Source: Deltaproteobacteria bacterium (GTDB lineage Bacteria; Desulfobacterota; GWC2-55-46). From it: a DNA stretch of 64,000 nucleotides. The translations under genes were made by a program, and so were the position numbers. Each line of letters opens with the position of its first letter. The first letter of the stretch is position 1. Below the pieces are notes generated by a model. It was not told where the DNA came from. It was given only the letters and a program-made list of their open reading frames with translations, and did no database searches. This document shows positions 1 through 10,146 of this stretch, piece by piece. The stretch is from the NCBI GenBank assembly GCA_016234935.1, contig JACRNL010000011.1, forward strand, positions 129,472 to 193,471, read 5' to 3'.

Positions 1-3000
1 ATGTCGCCATGGACCCTGCCGGCGCAAGCAGGTATGTCTCCATAGCCGGCGCCGTCTTCATAATCCCTTTCGTCCTGTTTTCGGGCTACGCAGGTTATCT
101 TGCCGACGTCATCAACAAGCGCTCCGTCCTTATCGCCGCCAAGAGCTTTGAGATAATCGCGGTGACGTGGGGGCTCTTTTCGTTCTTCACGGGCCGCATA
201 GAGCTCATGTTCATGGGCCTTTTCCTCATGGCCTCTCATTCGGCGTTTTTCTCCCCCGCGAAGTACGGCATACTGCCGGAGATCATGCCGCCGGAAGACC
301 TGTCGAGCGCCAACGGTCTTCTGGAAATGAGCACCTTCCTCGCGATAGTCCTGGGAACCGCGATAGGAAGCGTCATGTATTCCTTCTGGAAGGACGACCT
401 TGAAATTATCGGCGGCATCCTCGTCGTAATCGCGGTCGCGGGGACGATGCTGAGCTTTGGCATCCCGCGCGTGCCCGCATCGGGCTCCGTTAAGAAGTTC
501 ACGTTCAATCCGCTTTCGGAGATAATCGCGGGTGTAAAAATACTCTTTAAAAAACGCCAGCTCCTTCTGGCCGTCGGCAGCATAACCTTTTTCTGGTTCC
601 TTGGGACTCTCCTTCAGATGCTCCTCCTCCTGCTCGGCAAGGAAGTGATGCATTTGAGCGACATGATGATAGGCGTCATCGTGACCTTCCTCGCCATAGG
701 CATTGGTTCGGGGGCGGTGATCGCCGGCAGGCTTTCCGGAGACAAGATCGAGCTTGGTCTTTCTCCCCTTGGCGCCATAGGCATGGGGGTATGCGCCATG
801 CTCCTTGCCTACTCGACCTTTTCCTTTGTCCTCACCAGCATAGTCCTTACGCTGCTCGGCTTTTTTGGAGGGATATTCGTCGTGCCCCTTAATGCCATAC
901 TCCAGCATAAAAGCGGCAAGGAGGAAAAGGGCAGGGTAATCGCCACGAATAACTTTATAAACACCGGCGGCATCCTTGGGGCTTCGGCCGTTCTGTGGCT
1001 CACAAGGGACATAATGAACGTGCCCGTGGAAAAGATAATTTTCATCTTCGGCGGCTGCGCGATACTGCTGGCCGTCTTTTTGATAGCGGTCCTGCCGCAG
1101 TATCTTGTCCGCTTCACGTTCTGGTTTTTGGCGCATACGGTATATAAGATACGCATCGAGGGCAGGAATAACGTCCCTGTGTGCGGGCCGGCCCTGATAG
1201 TGTCCAACCACATCTCCTTTATTGACTGGCTCTTTATCAGCGCGTGCGTCCAGCGCTTCATCAGATTTATGATTCACAGCCGGTATTATGAGATGAAGTT
1301 CCTTAAATCGGGGCTGCGCCTCATGAAGGTCATCCCCGTGCCGGATGCGGGGAGGAAAGAGCTGTTCGAGTCCATAAAAATGGCGCGCGAGGAGTTGAAG
1401 GCAGGCCACGTCGTGTGCATCTTCGCCGAGGGTATGCTGTCGCGGACGGGTAATCTCCTGCCATTCAAGAAGGGCATCGAGAGGATAGCGGGCGGCCTTG
1501 ATGTGCCGATAGTGCCGGTGCATCTTGACAGGGTCTGGGGGTCGGTATTTTCTTTTAAAAAGGGCAGGTTTTTCTGGAAGATGCCGGAGCGCGCAAGGCG
1601 CTCGGTAACGGTAAGCTTCGGCGCGCCGCTGCCTTCCACCGCCGCGTCCGAGGATGTTAGGCACGCCATTATGGAGCTCGGCGCCGGAGCGATAGCCCAC
1701 CGCATAGATTCGGGCGAAACGCTCCACACAAGGTTCATAAAGACCGCAAGGAGGCGGTGGTTTTCCCCTTGCGTGGCGGATTCGGGCGGGGCGGAGCTTG
1801 CCTTTGGCGCGGCGCTTACCGCGGCGATGCTCCTTTCAGACTGGCTTGAAAAGGAGAAAGGCCCTGAAAAGTTCATCGGCATAATGCTCCCGGCCTCTGC
1901 GGGCGCGGTGGTCGCCAATGCCGGAGCAATGCTTGCCGGAAAGACGGTCGTGAATCTGAACTTCACGGCGGGGCATTCCTCCATTCAATCGGCCGTAAGG
2001 CTCTGCGGCATAAAGACCGTCATCACTTCGCGCCAATTCCTTTCAAAGGCCCGATTTTTTTCTAAAACTGAGCCGGGCGGGTTGGAAGGCATGGTTTTCC
2101 TTGAGGACATTGCCGAAGGCTTCGGCGCGCTTAAAAAGGCCGTTAAATATATTTCGGCCATAGCCATTCCTTCCTTCCTGCTTGCGCGGATGTACGGCCG
2201 CGGCACGGACGCGTCAAGCCTTGCGACGGTGATATTCACAAGCGGGTCGACCGGAGAGCCAAAAGGGGTGATGCTCTCGCACAGGAACATCCTTGCCAAC
2301 ACCGAGGGTTTCTCGCAGGTATTCCACAAATTGGGCAGGAAAGACGTCCTTATGGGCGTCCTGCCGTTTTTTCACGCGTTCGGGTTTGCGGGGACGCTGT
2401 GGTTCCCGCTCTTGAACGGTTTTAAGGCTGTCTACCATTCAAACCCGATGGACGCCAAGACCGTCGGGGAGATGGTCAAAAAGCACGGGGCTACGGCGCT
2501 TATCGCCACGCCGGCCTTCTATTCGGCATATGTCAGGAACTGCTCCAGAGAGGAGTTTTCCACCGTAAGGATAGCCATCTCAGGGGCGGAGAAGCTGAGG
2601 GACGGCGCGGCAAACGCATTTAAAGAGAAGTTCGGTCTTGAGCTTTTGGAGGGTTACGGATGCACCGAGCTTTCCCCCGTAGTGGCGGTCAACGTCCCGG
2701 ATGTCGTGCACGGGAAGATAACGCAAACGGGCCGGAGGCACGGCACCGTGGGCCAGCCGATACCGGGCGTGGCCGTGAAGATAGTCCACGCCCAGAGCAG
2801 GGAGAGGCTTTACGCCGGAGCGGAAGGCATCCTTTTTGTGAAAGGCCATTCGGTGACGAATGGCTACTTAAGCGACCATCTGGCGACAGGAGAGATGCTG
2901 GAGGGCGGCTGGTATAATACAGGGGACATCGCGTCAATGGACGAGGACGGCTTCCTCCGCATAGTTGACAGGGTATCGAGGTTTTCAAAGGTCGCAGGGG

Positions 3001-3311
3001 AAATGGTCCCGCATATAAGGATCGAGCAGGCCATACTCGACGCGGGCGGAGGGGGGGCGGCGGTCACCGCCGTTCCGGACGGCTCGCGGGGAGAGCGCAT
3101 CGTGGCCTTTTACACGGCTAATGACGTGACAGAGGGCGACCTCCGTGCGCGGCTTTTAAAGACGGATATGCCGAGGCTCTGGATACCGAAAAAAGAGAAC
3201 ATTCATTTTACCCGGGAGATACCGGTTGCCGCGTCGGGCAAGGCCGATATGAAGAGGATAAAGGCTATGGCGCTCGCGCTCCAAGATAAGAGCGAGCCTG
3301 AATACGGATAA
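1..3311 (+). CDS. aas: LplT-Aas-like triple fusion: MFS lysophospholipid transporter + PlsC-type acyltransferase + AMP-dependent acyl-ACP/CoA synthetase. 5' end truncated by the window (first in-frame Met at 9).
   Basis: ORF 9..3311, open to the window edge. Eleven TM helices N-terminally, and the MFS motif-A-like GYAGYLADxINKR follows the first in-window helix, so TM1 is missing. HxxxxD acyltransferase box NHISFIDW. AMP-binding motif TSGSTGEPKGV. C-terminal ligase region ends ...PVAASGKADMKRIKA. Confidence 0.8.
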   Translation, partial: VAMDPAGASRYVSIAGAVFIIPFVLFSGYAGYLADVINKRSVLIAAKSFEIIAVTWGLFSFFTGRIELMFMGLFLMASHSAFFSPAKYGILPEIMPPEDLSSANGLLEMSTFLAIVLGTAIGSVMYSFWKDDLEIIGGILVVIAVAGTMLSFGIPRVPASGSVKKFTFNPLSEIIAGVKILFKKRQLLLAVGSITFFWFLGTLLQMLLLLLGKEVMHLSDMMIGVIVTFLAIGIGSGAVIAGRLSGDKIELGLSPLGAIGMGVCAMLLAYSTFSFVLTSIVLTLLGFFGGIFVVPLNAILQHKSGKEEKGRVIATNNFINTGGILGASAVLWLTRDIMNVPVEKIIFIFGGCAILLAVFLIAVLPQYLVRFTFWFLAHTVYKIRIEGRNNVPVCGPALIVSNHISFIDWLFISACVQRFIRFMIHSRYYEMKFLKSGLRLMKVIPVPDAGRKELFESIKMAREELKAGHVVCIFAEGMLSRTGNLLPFKKGIERIAGGLDVPIVPVHLDRVWGSVFSFKKGRFFWKMPERARRSVTVSFGAPLPSTAASEDVRHAIMELGAGAIAHRIDSGETLHTRFIKTARRRWFSPCVADSGGAELAFGAALTAAMLLSDWLEKEKGPEKFIGIMLPASAGAVVANAGAMLAGKTVVNLNFTAGHSSIQSAVRLCGIKTVITSRQFLSKARFFSKTEPGGLEGMVFLEDIAEGFGALKKAVKYISAIAIPSFLLARMYGRGTDASSLATVIFTSGSTGEPKGVMLSHRNILANTEGFSQVFHKLGRKDVLMGVLPFFHAFGFAGTLWFPLLNGFKAVYHSNPMDAKTVGEMVKKHGATALIATPAFYSAYVRNCSREEFSTVRIAISGAEKLRDGAANAFKEKFGLELLEGYGCTELSPVVAVNVPDVVHGKITQTGRRHGTVGQPIPGVAVKIVHAQSRERLYAGAEGILFVKGHSVTNGYLSDHLATGEMLEGGWYNTGDIASMDEDGFLRIVDRVSRFSKVAGEMVPHIRIEQAILDAGGGGAAVTAVPDGSRGERIVAFYTANDVTEGDLRARLLKTDMPRLWIPKKENIHFTREIPVAASGKADMKRIKAMALALQDKSEPEYG

Positions 3312-3313
3312 AA

Positions 3314-4267
3314 ATGTCAATAATTCACGTCAACGGCCTTGTCAAGAAGTATAACGGCGCGCCGGCGGTTTCCGGCGTATCTTTTGATGTTGAAGAGGGC
3401 GAGATATTCGGCTTTCTCGGCCCCAACGGCGCGGGCAAGACCACCACGATAAGCATCCTGTGCACGCTGCTCGGCTTTGATTCCGGCGAGGCCGTTGTCA
3501 ACGGATTTGACTGCCGCAGGGATCCGCAGAAGGTGCGCTCTTCCATCGGACTCGTCTTTCAGGAGTATACCTTGGACAACGAACTCACCGCGTACGAGAA
3601 CCTCAAGTTCCACTGCTACCTTTATAATATGGAAAAAAGGCTCATGAACGAGCGCATAGACGAGATACTCGGCGTCGTGGGCCTTGCCGGCAGAAGAAAC
3701 GAACTTGTCAAGAGGTTCTCCGGCGGCATGAAAAGGAGGCTTGAGATAGCAAGGGGGCTGCTGCACAGGCCCAAGGTGCTATTTCTCGACGAGCCTACTC
3801 TGGGGCTCGACCCGCAGACGAGAAGCCACGCATGGGAGTTCATAAAAAAGCTGAAGAAGTCGGAAGGCAATACGGTCTTCATGACCACGCACTACATGGA
3901 CGAGGCCGAGATATGCTCAAGGATTGCGATAATAGACAACGGCAGGATAATCGCCTGCGCCACGCCGGAGGAGTTGAAGAGGTCGTTAAAGGGCGACACC
4001 ATCTACGTGAAGACGACGGATGACGAAAAGGCCCGTAAGGAGCTGGAATCAAAGCTCGGCCTGACGTGTAAAAAGATAGAGAGCGGCCTTGCCGTCAGCG
4101 TCGAGGCAGGGGAGAAGTTTATACCTAGGATATTCGAAGCCCTCAAGACGCCGATAGTTTCCGTCAACCTCAAGAGGCCGAGCCTTGAAGACGTATTCAT
4201 AAACCTCACCGGCAGGGAGATAAGGGACTACCCCGGCGCGCCGGGCCGCCGCGGCATACGGGGCTGA
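3314..4267 (+). CDS. ABC transporter ATP-binding protein (ABC-2 exporter type)
   Basis: Walker A GPNGAGKTT, ABC signature FSGGMKRRL, Walker B VLFLDEPT. Starts 3 nt after the aas stop. Confidence 0.85.
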   Translation: MSIIHVNGLVKKYNGAPAVSGVSFDVEEGEIFGFLGPNGAGKTTTISILCTLLGFDSGEAVVNGFDCRRDPQKVRSSIGLVFQEYTLDNELTAYENLKFHCYLYNMEKRLMNERIDEILGVVGLAGRRNELVKRFSGGMKRRLEIARGLLHRPKVLFLDEPTLGLDPQTRSHAWEFIKKLKKSEGNTVFMTTHYMDEAEICSRIAIIDNGRIIACATPEELKRSLKGDTIYVKTTDDEKARKELESKLGLTCKKIESGLAVSVEAGEKFIPRIFEALKTPIVSVNLKRPSLEDVFINLTGREIRDYPGAPGRRGIRG

Positions 4268-4324
4268 TTCAGGCAATCAGGTTTTTTGAAAAATTTTATA
4301 TGCCGTCATTAAAAGGATTTAAGG

Positions 4325-5089
4325 ATGTTTTCCTACAGGGCGATATACGTGATCGTTTTGCGCGAGTTCACGAGGTTTTTCCGGCAAAGGAGCCGCCTTG
4401 TCGTCACCATGGCAAGGCCGCTCATATGGCTGCTTATCGTCGGTTCCGGCTTTACCAAGCTCATTGACGACGGTTCCGGCGTTCACTACATCCAGTTCAT
4501 CCTGCCCGGCATTGTCGGCATGACGATACTTTTCAGCGCCATCTTCTCAACTATCTCCGTGGTGTGGGACAGGGAGTTCGGGTTTTTAAGGGAGATGCTG
4601 GTCGCTCCGGTGCCGAGGGTGACGATAGTCTTCGGGAAACTAATCTCCGGCACGGCCCTGTCGGTCTTTCAGGGCGCGGCGCTCCTCGTGGTAGCCCCGT
4701 TCATAGGGCTTAGCCTCGGGTTTTACGATTTTCTGGCCATGCTGCTGCTCATGGCGCTCGCGGCCTTTGCCATAACGTCCCTCGGGCTGCTGGTGGCGTC
4801 GTTTCTTACGTCCCTTGAGGGCTTTAACGTTATAATGAACTTCATTATCCTTCCGATGTTTTTTTTAAGCGGCGCGCTCTATCCGCTCAGCGTGCTGCCG
4901 TTTTACATAAGGGTCTTTAGCTACATAAACCCGCTCAGCTACGGCGTGGATTCCTTCAAGCACATACTTCTTCCGGGCACGGGCAGGCTTAGCGCGGAGT
5001 TTCCGCTGTATCTGGATATAATATTCGTATCTGTCTTTTCCGTGATTATGACATTTTCATCCGCGCTCGCATTCGAGCGCCGCAAATAG
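4325..5089 (+). CDS. ABC-2 family transporter permease
   Basis: 254 aa, six hydrophobic helices, ABC-2 topology. Immediately follows the ATPase gene. Confidence 0.75.
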   Translation: MFSYRAIYVIVLREFTRFFRQRSRLVVTMARPLIWLLIVGSGFTKLIDDGSGVHYIQFILPGIVGMTILFSAIFSTISVVWDREFGFLREMLVAPVPRVTIVFGKLISGTALSVFQGAALLVVAPFIGLSLGFYDFLAMLLLMALAAFAITSLGLLVASFLTSLEGFNVIMNFIILPMFFLSGALYPLSVLPFYIRVFSYINPLSYGVDSFKHILLPGTGRLSAEFPLYLDIIFVSVFSVIMTFSSALAFERRK

Positions 5090-5098
5090 GCTATTGAG

Positions 5099-5947
5099 AT
5101 GCAGGGAACGCTTTATATAGTCGCAACCCCGATTGGCAACATGGAAGACATGACGATTCGCGCCATAGGCGTCCTTAAAAAGGCCGGTATCGTCGCCGCC
5201 GAGGACACGAGGCATACGAGGAAGCTCCTGGCGCACTTCGGCATAAACACACCGCTTGAAAGCTACCACGAGCATAATGAAAAGGAAAAGTCCGCTTATC
5301 TTGTGGAAAGGCTTAAGGGCGGCGTTGACGTCGCCCTTGTTTCCGACGCGGGCACGCCGGGCATTTCAGACCCCGGTTACAGGCTCATAAGGCTTGCCGC
5401 GGAAAGCTCCGTCCCCGTGGTGTCGGTGCCCGGCCCGTCGGCCATTGTGGCGGCCATCAGCATTTCCGGCCTGCCGATTAGCGAGTTCACGTTCAAGGGG
5501 TTCCTGCCGCATGGCGCGGGCGCGAGGAAAAAGTTTATTCTGGAGCTTAAGGACAGCCCGGGCACTTACGTCATGTATGAATCTCCAAGGAGGCTCCGTG
5601 CCACGCTTGAGTCCGTCCTTGAAAATATCGGCGACGTCCCCGTTGTCGTAGCGCGCGAGATGACAAAGCTCCATGAGGAGGTCATGCGCGGGAGCGCGCG
5701 AGAGGTGCTGGAGCGCGTAAAAGACAGGGAGCTAAAGGGCGAGATAACGCTCATCGTGCGCGTCGAAAAAGATGGGAGAGAGGCGGGCCGGGCGGTGGAT
5801 CCAAGGGAAAGGATAAAGGAGCTTCTTCGGGGGGGCATGCGCCTTAAGGAGGCGGTCATGGCCGTTGCGCTTGAGACCGGGCGGCCCAGGGGCGAACTAT
5901 ACAAAGAGGCGTTGAGGGTAAAGGCGGAATCAGAGGGGTCAAACTGA
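5099..5947 (+). CDS. rsmI: 16S rRNA (cytidine1402-2'-O)-methyltransferase RsmI
   Basis: N-terminus MQGTLYIVATPIGNMEDMTIRAI...AEDTRHTRKLL is the tetrapyrrole-methylase-fold RsmI signature. 282 aa. Confidence 0.85.
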   Translation: MQGTLYIVATPIGNMEDMTIRAIGVLKKAGIVAAEDTRHTRKLLAHFGINTPLESYHEHNEKEKSAYLVERLKGGVDVALVSDAGTPGISDPGYRLIRLAAESSVPVVSVPGPSAIVAAISISGLPISEFTFKGFLPHGAGARKKFILELKDSPGTYVMYESPRRLRATLESVLENIGDVPVVVAREMTKLHEEVMRGSAREVLERVKDRELKGEITLIVRVEKDGREAGRAVDPRERIKELLRGGMRLKEAVMAVALETGRPRGELYKEALRVKAESEGSN

Positions 5948-5984
5948 CAGGCTGCCTGAGACGGGATACGCGAGTGTCTTTCAG

Positions 5985-6165
5985 CAAACTAAACCGGTGT
6001 GGTTGCACCTGTGCACGAACCTGCAGCGGCATTAAAGTTTTTTGGCCGCCTGCGGCGGAGCAAAGTTAAATGGTTGTATTTTGACTTTAGCCGTGCGCAG
6101 CACCTGCGGTGAGCAAAGTTTAAGGTGTATCATTTCAAACTTTAGCGTGCGCAGCACCTTTTTTG
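5985..6165. repeat. Composite intergenic repeat, copy A: three degenerate tandem units ending ctgcggNgagcaaagtt plus a terminal ttttttgaaaaaa palindrome
   Basis: Seen directly. Its reverse complement recurs at 44160-44300 (for example ggccgcctgcggcggagcaaag here versus ctttgccccgccgcaggcggcc there). Confidence 0.8.
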
Positions 6166-6189
6166 AAAAAAGATAAGCGGAGGGAGGAT

Positions 6190-6411
6190 ATGATCAAGAT
6201 ATTTTTGGGCATACTGCTCGGCATTATCGTTCTTACCGGATTTGTCTACTTCGGAGGGGCGAAGTATCTTAAGTCGCTGGGCACAAAGACCGAGGCGGCG
6301 GGGGAAAAGCTCGAAAAGGTGGAAAAGCAGCTGAAGGAGTCAACGAAGGACGTTAAAAAGTCGGTGGACATGACCGCTGAAAAGATGAAAAAGTACGTGC
6401 CGGGGAATTAG
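6190..6411 (+). CDS. Small membrane-anchored coiled-coil protein (YtxH/DUF948-like), 73 aa
   Basis: ATG at 6190 follows SD ggagggagg with a 5-nt spacer. The track ORF starts at an upstream TTG. One N-terminal TM helix, then a K/E-rich helix. Confidence 0.5.
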   Translation: MIKIFLGILLGIIVLTGFVYFGGAKYLKSLGTKTEAAGEKLEKVEKQLKESTKDVKKSVDMTAEKMKKYVPGN

Positions 6412-6420
6412 AAGGGCGCC

Positions 6421-7086
6421 TTACGGCAGCAGATCGTTTAGTTTTTGGAGCTGGAACGGGAAGGATAACGCATAAGGCTTCGTGTGGATATACAGGTCCG
6501 TTATCACAAGGTCGGCGGTTGTGAAATCTTTTGAGAGCGGGGGAAAGATAAGGAACTTCGAGGCAGTTTGCGAGGATTTTATTGTCTGCGTGTTGTCGTA
6601 GATGACCGATGAGAGCGCGCCAAGCTGCGCCTGCGCGCCGACGCTTTCCTTCACGAAGTCGTAGAAATCGGTGTAGTCAAGCGGCTTTTTGTAGTCGAGC
6701 GAATTCGTCGTAAGGGATGTGAGCGCGGGGTTAAAGGTTATATTTATTCTGTTTGAGAGGTTTTTTATGTCTAACTTCAAGAATATATAGCCCTTGGCAG
6801 CGAGTTCGTCTACTACGTCTATATATGTCGGCTCAATATTGTCCTGCGTGACGTGGCGTACCGTTATAACGACTTCCGCGTTTGTAAAGCTCCAGAAGCG
6901 GCCGTGGGGCTTGTAGCCCATCTTTTGCATCTCAGCGGTTTTTTCGCCCAGGATCGGGTAAAGCGCGGTAGACGCTTTTGGTGTCGCCGCGCATCCCGCG
7001 AGGATGATCATGAGGAGCGCCAGAAAAATCGGGCCCGCCGGGGAAGAGGGGAAGCCTTTAAGCCGATTTTTTAAAAAATATGCCAT
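6421..7086 (-). CDS. Putative lipoprotein
   Basis: Signal peptide with lipobox LMIILAGC when started at the internal Met (MAYFLKNRLKG...). No recognisable catalytic motif. Confidence 0.5.
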   Translation of the reverse strand: MAYFLKNRLKGFPSSPAGPIFLALLMIILAGCAATPKASTALYPILGEKTAEMQKMGYKPHGRFWSFTNAEVVITVRHVTQDNIEPTYIDVVDELAAKGYIFLKLDIKNLSNRINITFNPALTSLTTNSLDYKKPLDYTDFYDFVKESVGAQAQLGALSSVIYDNTQTIKSSQTASKFLIFPPLSKDFTTADLVITDLYIHTKPYALSFPFQLQKLNDLLP

Positions 7087-7169
7087 TTCAAGCCCGTACT
7101 CCACCGCCGGTGATTTAATCACTTTCGCTTCGCGAGGCCTTTATAATGTTCCTGATATGAGGACGCGGC

Positions 7170-7463
7170 TTAATAGCTATTGTAACGGGTCAGGGCCGTA
7201 AAGTCGTCGAACTCATTTCTGTATTCTTCCCATGTCACGGTTACCTTTTCCACCCGCGCAATTTCAGGGCCTATCCTGCACCATTGGATGAGCTTGTTTA
7301 CTTTTTCCTCGTCGCCCTCGATGACCGCCTCGACCGCTCCGTCGGGCCTGTTCTTGACAAAGCCGTAGACGCCGATTCTCCTGGCGGCCTCGACCGTATT
7401 CGCCCTGTAAAAAACACCCTGCACGAGACCTTCGATGATAAGGTGCGCCCGTACCGGTTTCAT
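7170..7463 (-). CDS. acyP: Acylphosphatase
   Basis: VRAHLIIEGLVQGVFYRANTVEAARRIGVYGFVKNRPDGAVEAVIEGDEEKVNKLIQWC matches the acylphosphatase fold signature (VQGVxFR...GxVxNxxDGsVe). Start placed at the internal Met (cat at 7461-7463). Confidence 0.8.
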   Translation of the reverse strand: MKPVRAHLIIEGLVQGVFYRANTVEAARRIGVYGFVKNRPDGAVEAVIEGDEEKVNKLIQWCRIGPEIARVEKVTVTWEEYRNEFDDFTALTRYNSY

Positions 7464-7555
7464 AGTGGAGAGACTAACATAAAATTCCATCGTTTGCAAT
7501 ATGCGCGGAGAGGTATTTATGTTATTATTGCCGGTGTAATAATGCGGGCATATCA

Positions 7556-8893
7556 ATGAACTCCTCGGGAAAGCGTCCTTCAAATTCAATCACAATAATC
7601 GGCGGCGGACTTGCCGGAAGCGAGGCGGCGTATCAGGCCGCGAGAAGCGGGCTTCGCGTGGCAATCCGCGAGATGAAGCCAATGCGTTTTTCACCAGCGC
7701 ATTCGATGGACGGCCTTGCCGAGCTTGTGTGCAGCAATTCGCTCAAGGCCGTTGACCTCGCGAGCGCATCCGGCATCCTTAAGGATGAGATGGCAAGGCT
7801 CGGCTCCATAATCATCACGGCCGCGTATGAGACGAGGGTTGCCGCCGGCGGCACCCTCGCCGTTGACCGGGGCGCTTTTTCAGAATTCGTCACGCAGGCC
7901 CTTTTAAAGGCCGGGGTCGAGATAACAAGGGAAGAGGCTGTGAATATCACGGATGAGCCTTCCTCCGGCCCTCTTGTAATCGCCACGGGGCCGCTTACCT
8001 CCGACGCCTTTGCCCCGGCAATAAGTTCCATTGTCGGCGCCCGGAGCTGTTATTTCTACGACGCGGTCGCCCCCATAGTCTACAGGGATTCGATAAACAT
8101 GGACAGGGCCTTTTACGCGTCGCGTTACGGCAAGGGCGGCAATGATTACATAAACTGTCCGCTTGACAAAGACGAGTATGAGCGGTTCGTTGCGGAGCTT
8201 TTAAGCGCCGACAGGCCGTCTGCCCGCGCCTTTGAAGACTTGCCGCTTTTTGCCGGCTGTATGCCGATTGAGGCGATGGCCCAAAGGGGGCCGATGACGT
8301 TGATGTTCGGCCCTATGAAGCCGGTGGGTCTTGTCGACCCGCGCACCGGCACGCGTCCCTGCGCCGCAGTTCAGCTGCGGAGCGAGAACAGAGACGGAAC
8401 GCTTTATAATATCGTGGGTTTTCAGACGCGCCTCGGCTTTAAGGATCAGCAAAGGGTATTCAGGCTCATTCCGGGACTTGAGAACGCGGAGTTCGCAAGG
8501 CTCGGCAAGATGCACAGGAACACCTACATTGATTCGCCGCGGCTGTTAATGAATACGCAGCAACTCAGGTCAAATCCCCGTATCTTTTTCGCCGGACAGA
8601 TAACCGGCGTGGAGGGCTACTGCGAATCGGCGGTATCGGGTATTATGGCCGGCATAAACGCGGCGCGTCTGGCAAAGGGGCTGCCTCTTGTCTGTCCGCC
8701 GTCCACGACGGTTACCGGCGCGCTGCTCCGGCATATAAGCTCGTGCGAAGGGCCTTTTCAGCCCATGAACGCGAATCTCGGCCTTCTGCCGCCGCTTGAA
8801 AGGGTGATAAGGCGCAAAGCTGACAGAAAAGCGGCCCTTGCCCAAAGGGCGCTTGAGGATTTTAATGTGTGGATGAAGACAAACGGCATATGA
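7556..8893 (+). CDS. trmFO: Methylenetetrahydrofolate--tRNA-(uracil54-C5)-methyltransferase TrmFO
   Basis: 445 aa. N-terminal FAD-binding IIGGGLAGSEAAYQAA. Overall length and architecture match TrmFO/Gid. Confidence 0.9.
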   Translation: MNSSGKRPSNSITIIGGGLAGSEAAYQAARSGLRVAIREMKPMRFSPAHSMDGLAELVCSNSLKAVDLASASGILKDEMARLGSIIITAAYETRVAAGGTLAVDRGAFSEFVTQALLKAGVEITREEAVNITDEPSSGPLVIATGPLTSDAFAPAISSIVGARSCYFYDAVAPIVYRDSINMDRAFYASRYGKGGNDYINCPLDKDEYERFVAELLSADRPSARAFEDLPLFAGCMPIEAMAQRGPMTLMFGPMKPVGLVDPRTGTRPCAAVQLRSENRDGTLYNIVGFQTRLGFKDQQRVFRLIPGLENAEFARLGKMHRNTYIDSPRLLMNTQQLRSNPRIFFAGQITGVEGYCESAVSGIMAGINAARLAKGLPLVCPPSTTVTGALLRHISSCEGPFQPMNANLGLLPPLERVIRRKADRKAALAQRALEDFNVWMKTNGI

Positions 8894-9102
8894 CCGCGCC
8901 CCTGCAAGATTTCTTTGTTTTTCTGCGCTTTTTTGTAGTAGAATATTCAGGTTTATCGCTGAGGAAGGCGCCTGCGGATGTAAAAAGCGGCATGTTGCCT
9001 TTTAGAAGGTGATTGTTTGTAATGTGTGCGTGGCATTTATACTTTCATATGCGTTGCAGGCCGCGATAGACCGGCGCATTATCTAAAAAATCAGGAGCGT
9101 TC

Positions 9103-10131
9103 ATGTTAAGCGGCAAGACCATACTCATAACCGGCGGCACAGGGTCATTCGGCAAGAAGATGGTAGAGGTTATTTTGGCGCGCTACCGGCCTGAAAAACT
9201 CATAATCTTCAGCAGGGATGAATTGAAGCAATATGATATGTCGCAGAAGTGGAGCGCTGAGAAGTATCCCTGCATGCGTTATTTTTTAGGCGACGTGCGC
9301 GACAAGGACAGGCTCGTGCGCGCCTTTCACGGCGTTGATTATATAATACACGCGGCGGCGTTGAAGCAGGTGCCGGCGGCTGAATATAACCCCGCGGAGT
9401 TCATCAAGACCAACGTCAACGGCGCGATGAACGTCATTGACGCGGCAATAGACAGGAACGTGAAGAAGGTCGTAGCCCTTTCAACGGACAAGGCCTGCAA
9501 CCCCGCGAACCTCTACGGCGCGACGAAGCTCTGCTCGGATAAGCTCTTCCTTGCGGCCAGCGTCTACGGCGGGCAGGACGGCACCGTTTTCTCGGTCGTG
9601 CGCTACGGGAACGTAGTCGGCAGCCGCGGCTCCGTCATCCCGTTTTTCACAAAGGAAGCGGCTAAAGGCGTGCTGCCGATAACCGACGTCAGGATGACAC
9701 GCTTCTGGATTACCCTCGATCAGGCCGCTGACTTCGTCCTTAAGGCCCTTGCGCTCTCAAAGGGGAGCGAGGTATTCGTGCCCAAGATACCTTCAATGAA
9801 GATAACCGACCTTGCAAAGGCCATCGCCCCTGAATGTGAACACAAGATCGTAGGCATACGCCCGGGCGAAAAGATACACGAGACCCTTGTCGCGGAAGAC
9901 GAGGGCAGGAATACGGTCGAGTACAGGGAATGCTTCGTTGTCAGGCACAATTTTCTGCCTGGCGACCAGAAAAACGGCAAAAGGTGCGTCGAGGGGTTCA
10001 AATACACATCAGACAACAACACGCTCCATATCGGCATCGAAGAGCTTCGCCTCGTGCTCGCGCGCATGTCCGCTGAAGAGGGCGTGGCGGCAGGTAATCA
10101 CTGGCGCATGGAAGATTTAGCCCGCGGGTAG
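9103..10131 (+). CDS. pseB: UDP-N-acetylglucosamine 4,6-dehydratase (inverting) PseB
   Basis: MLSGKTILITGGTGSFGKK...SRDELKQ...YGATKLCSDKLF...VVRYGNVVGSRGSVIPFF...ITDVRMTRFWITLD. From memory, close to Helicobacter pylori FlaA1/PseB along its full length. Confidence 0.9.
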   Translation: MLSGKTILITGGTGSFGKKMVEVILARYRPEKLIIFSRDELKQYDMSQKWSAEKYPCMRYFLGDVRDKDRLVRAFHGVDYIIHAAALKQVPAAEYNPAEFIKTNVNGAMNVIDAAIDRNVKKVVALSTDKACNPANLYGATKLCSDKLFLAASVYGGQDGTVFSVVRYGNVVGSRGSVIPFFTKEAAKGVLPITDVRMTRFWITLDQAADFVLKALALSKGSEVFVPKIPSMKITDLAKAIAPECEHKIVGIRPGEKIHETLVAEDEGRNTVEYRECFVVRHNFLPGDQKNGKRCVEGFKYTSDNNTLHIGIEELRLVLARMSAEEGVAAGNHWRMEDLARG

Positions 10132-10146
10132 GTTTTTTTAAATCAA

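Noticed and set aside
5985-6165. Possible CRISPR array, because of the tandem ctgcggNgagcaaagtt units
   Set aside because: Only three degenerate units with irregular spacing and unequal 'spacers'. No cas genes. An inverted copy of the whole block at 44160-44300 indicates a dispersed composite repeat instead.
8894-9102. Promoter for the glycan operon in the 209-bp spacer upstream of pseB
   Set aside because: Several AT-rich hexamers (for example tagaat) are present, but no convincing -35/-10 pair at 16-18-bp spacing could be fixed by eye, so no feature is reported.
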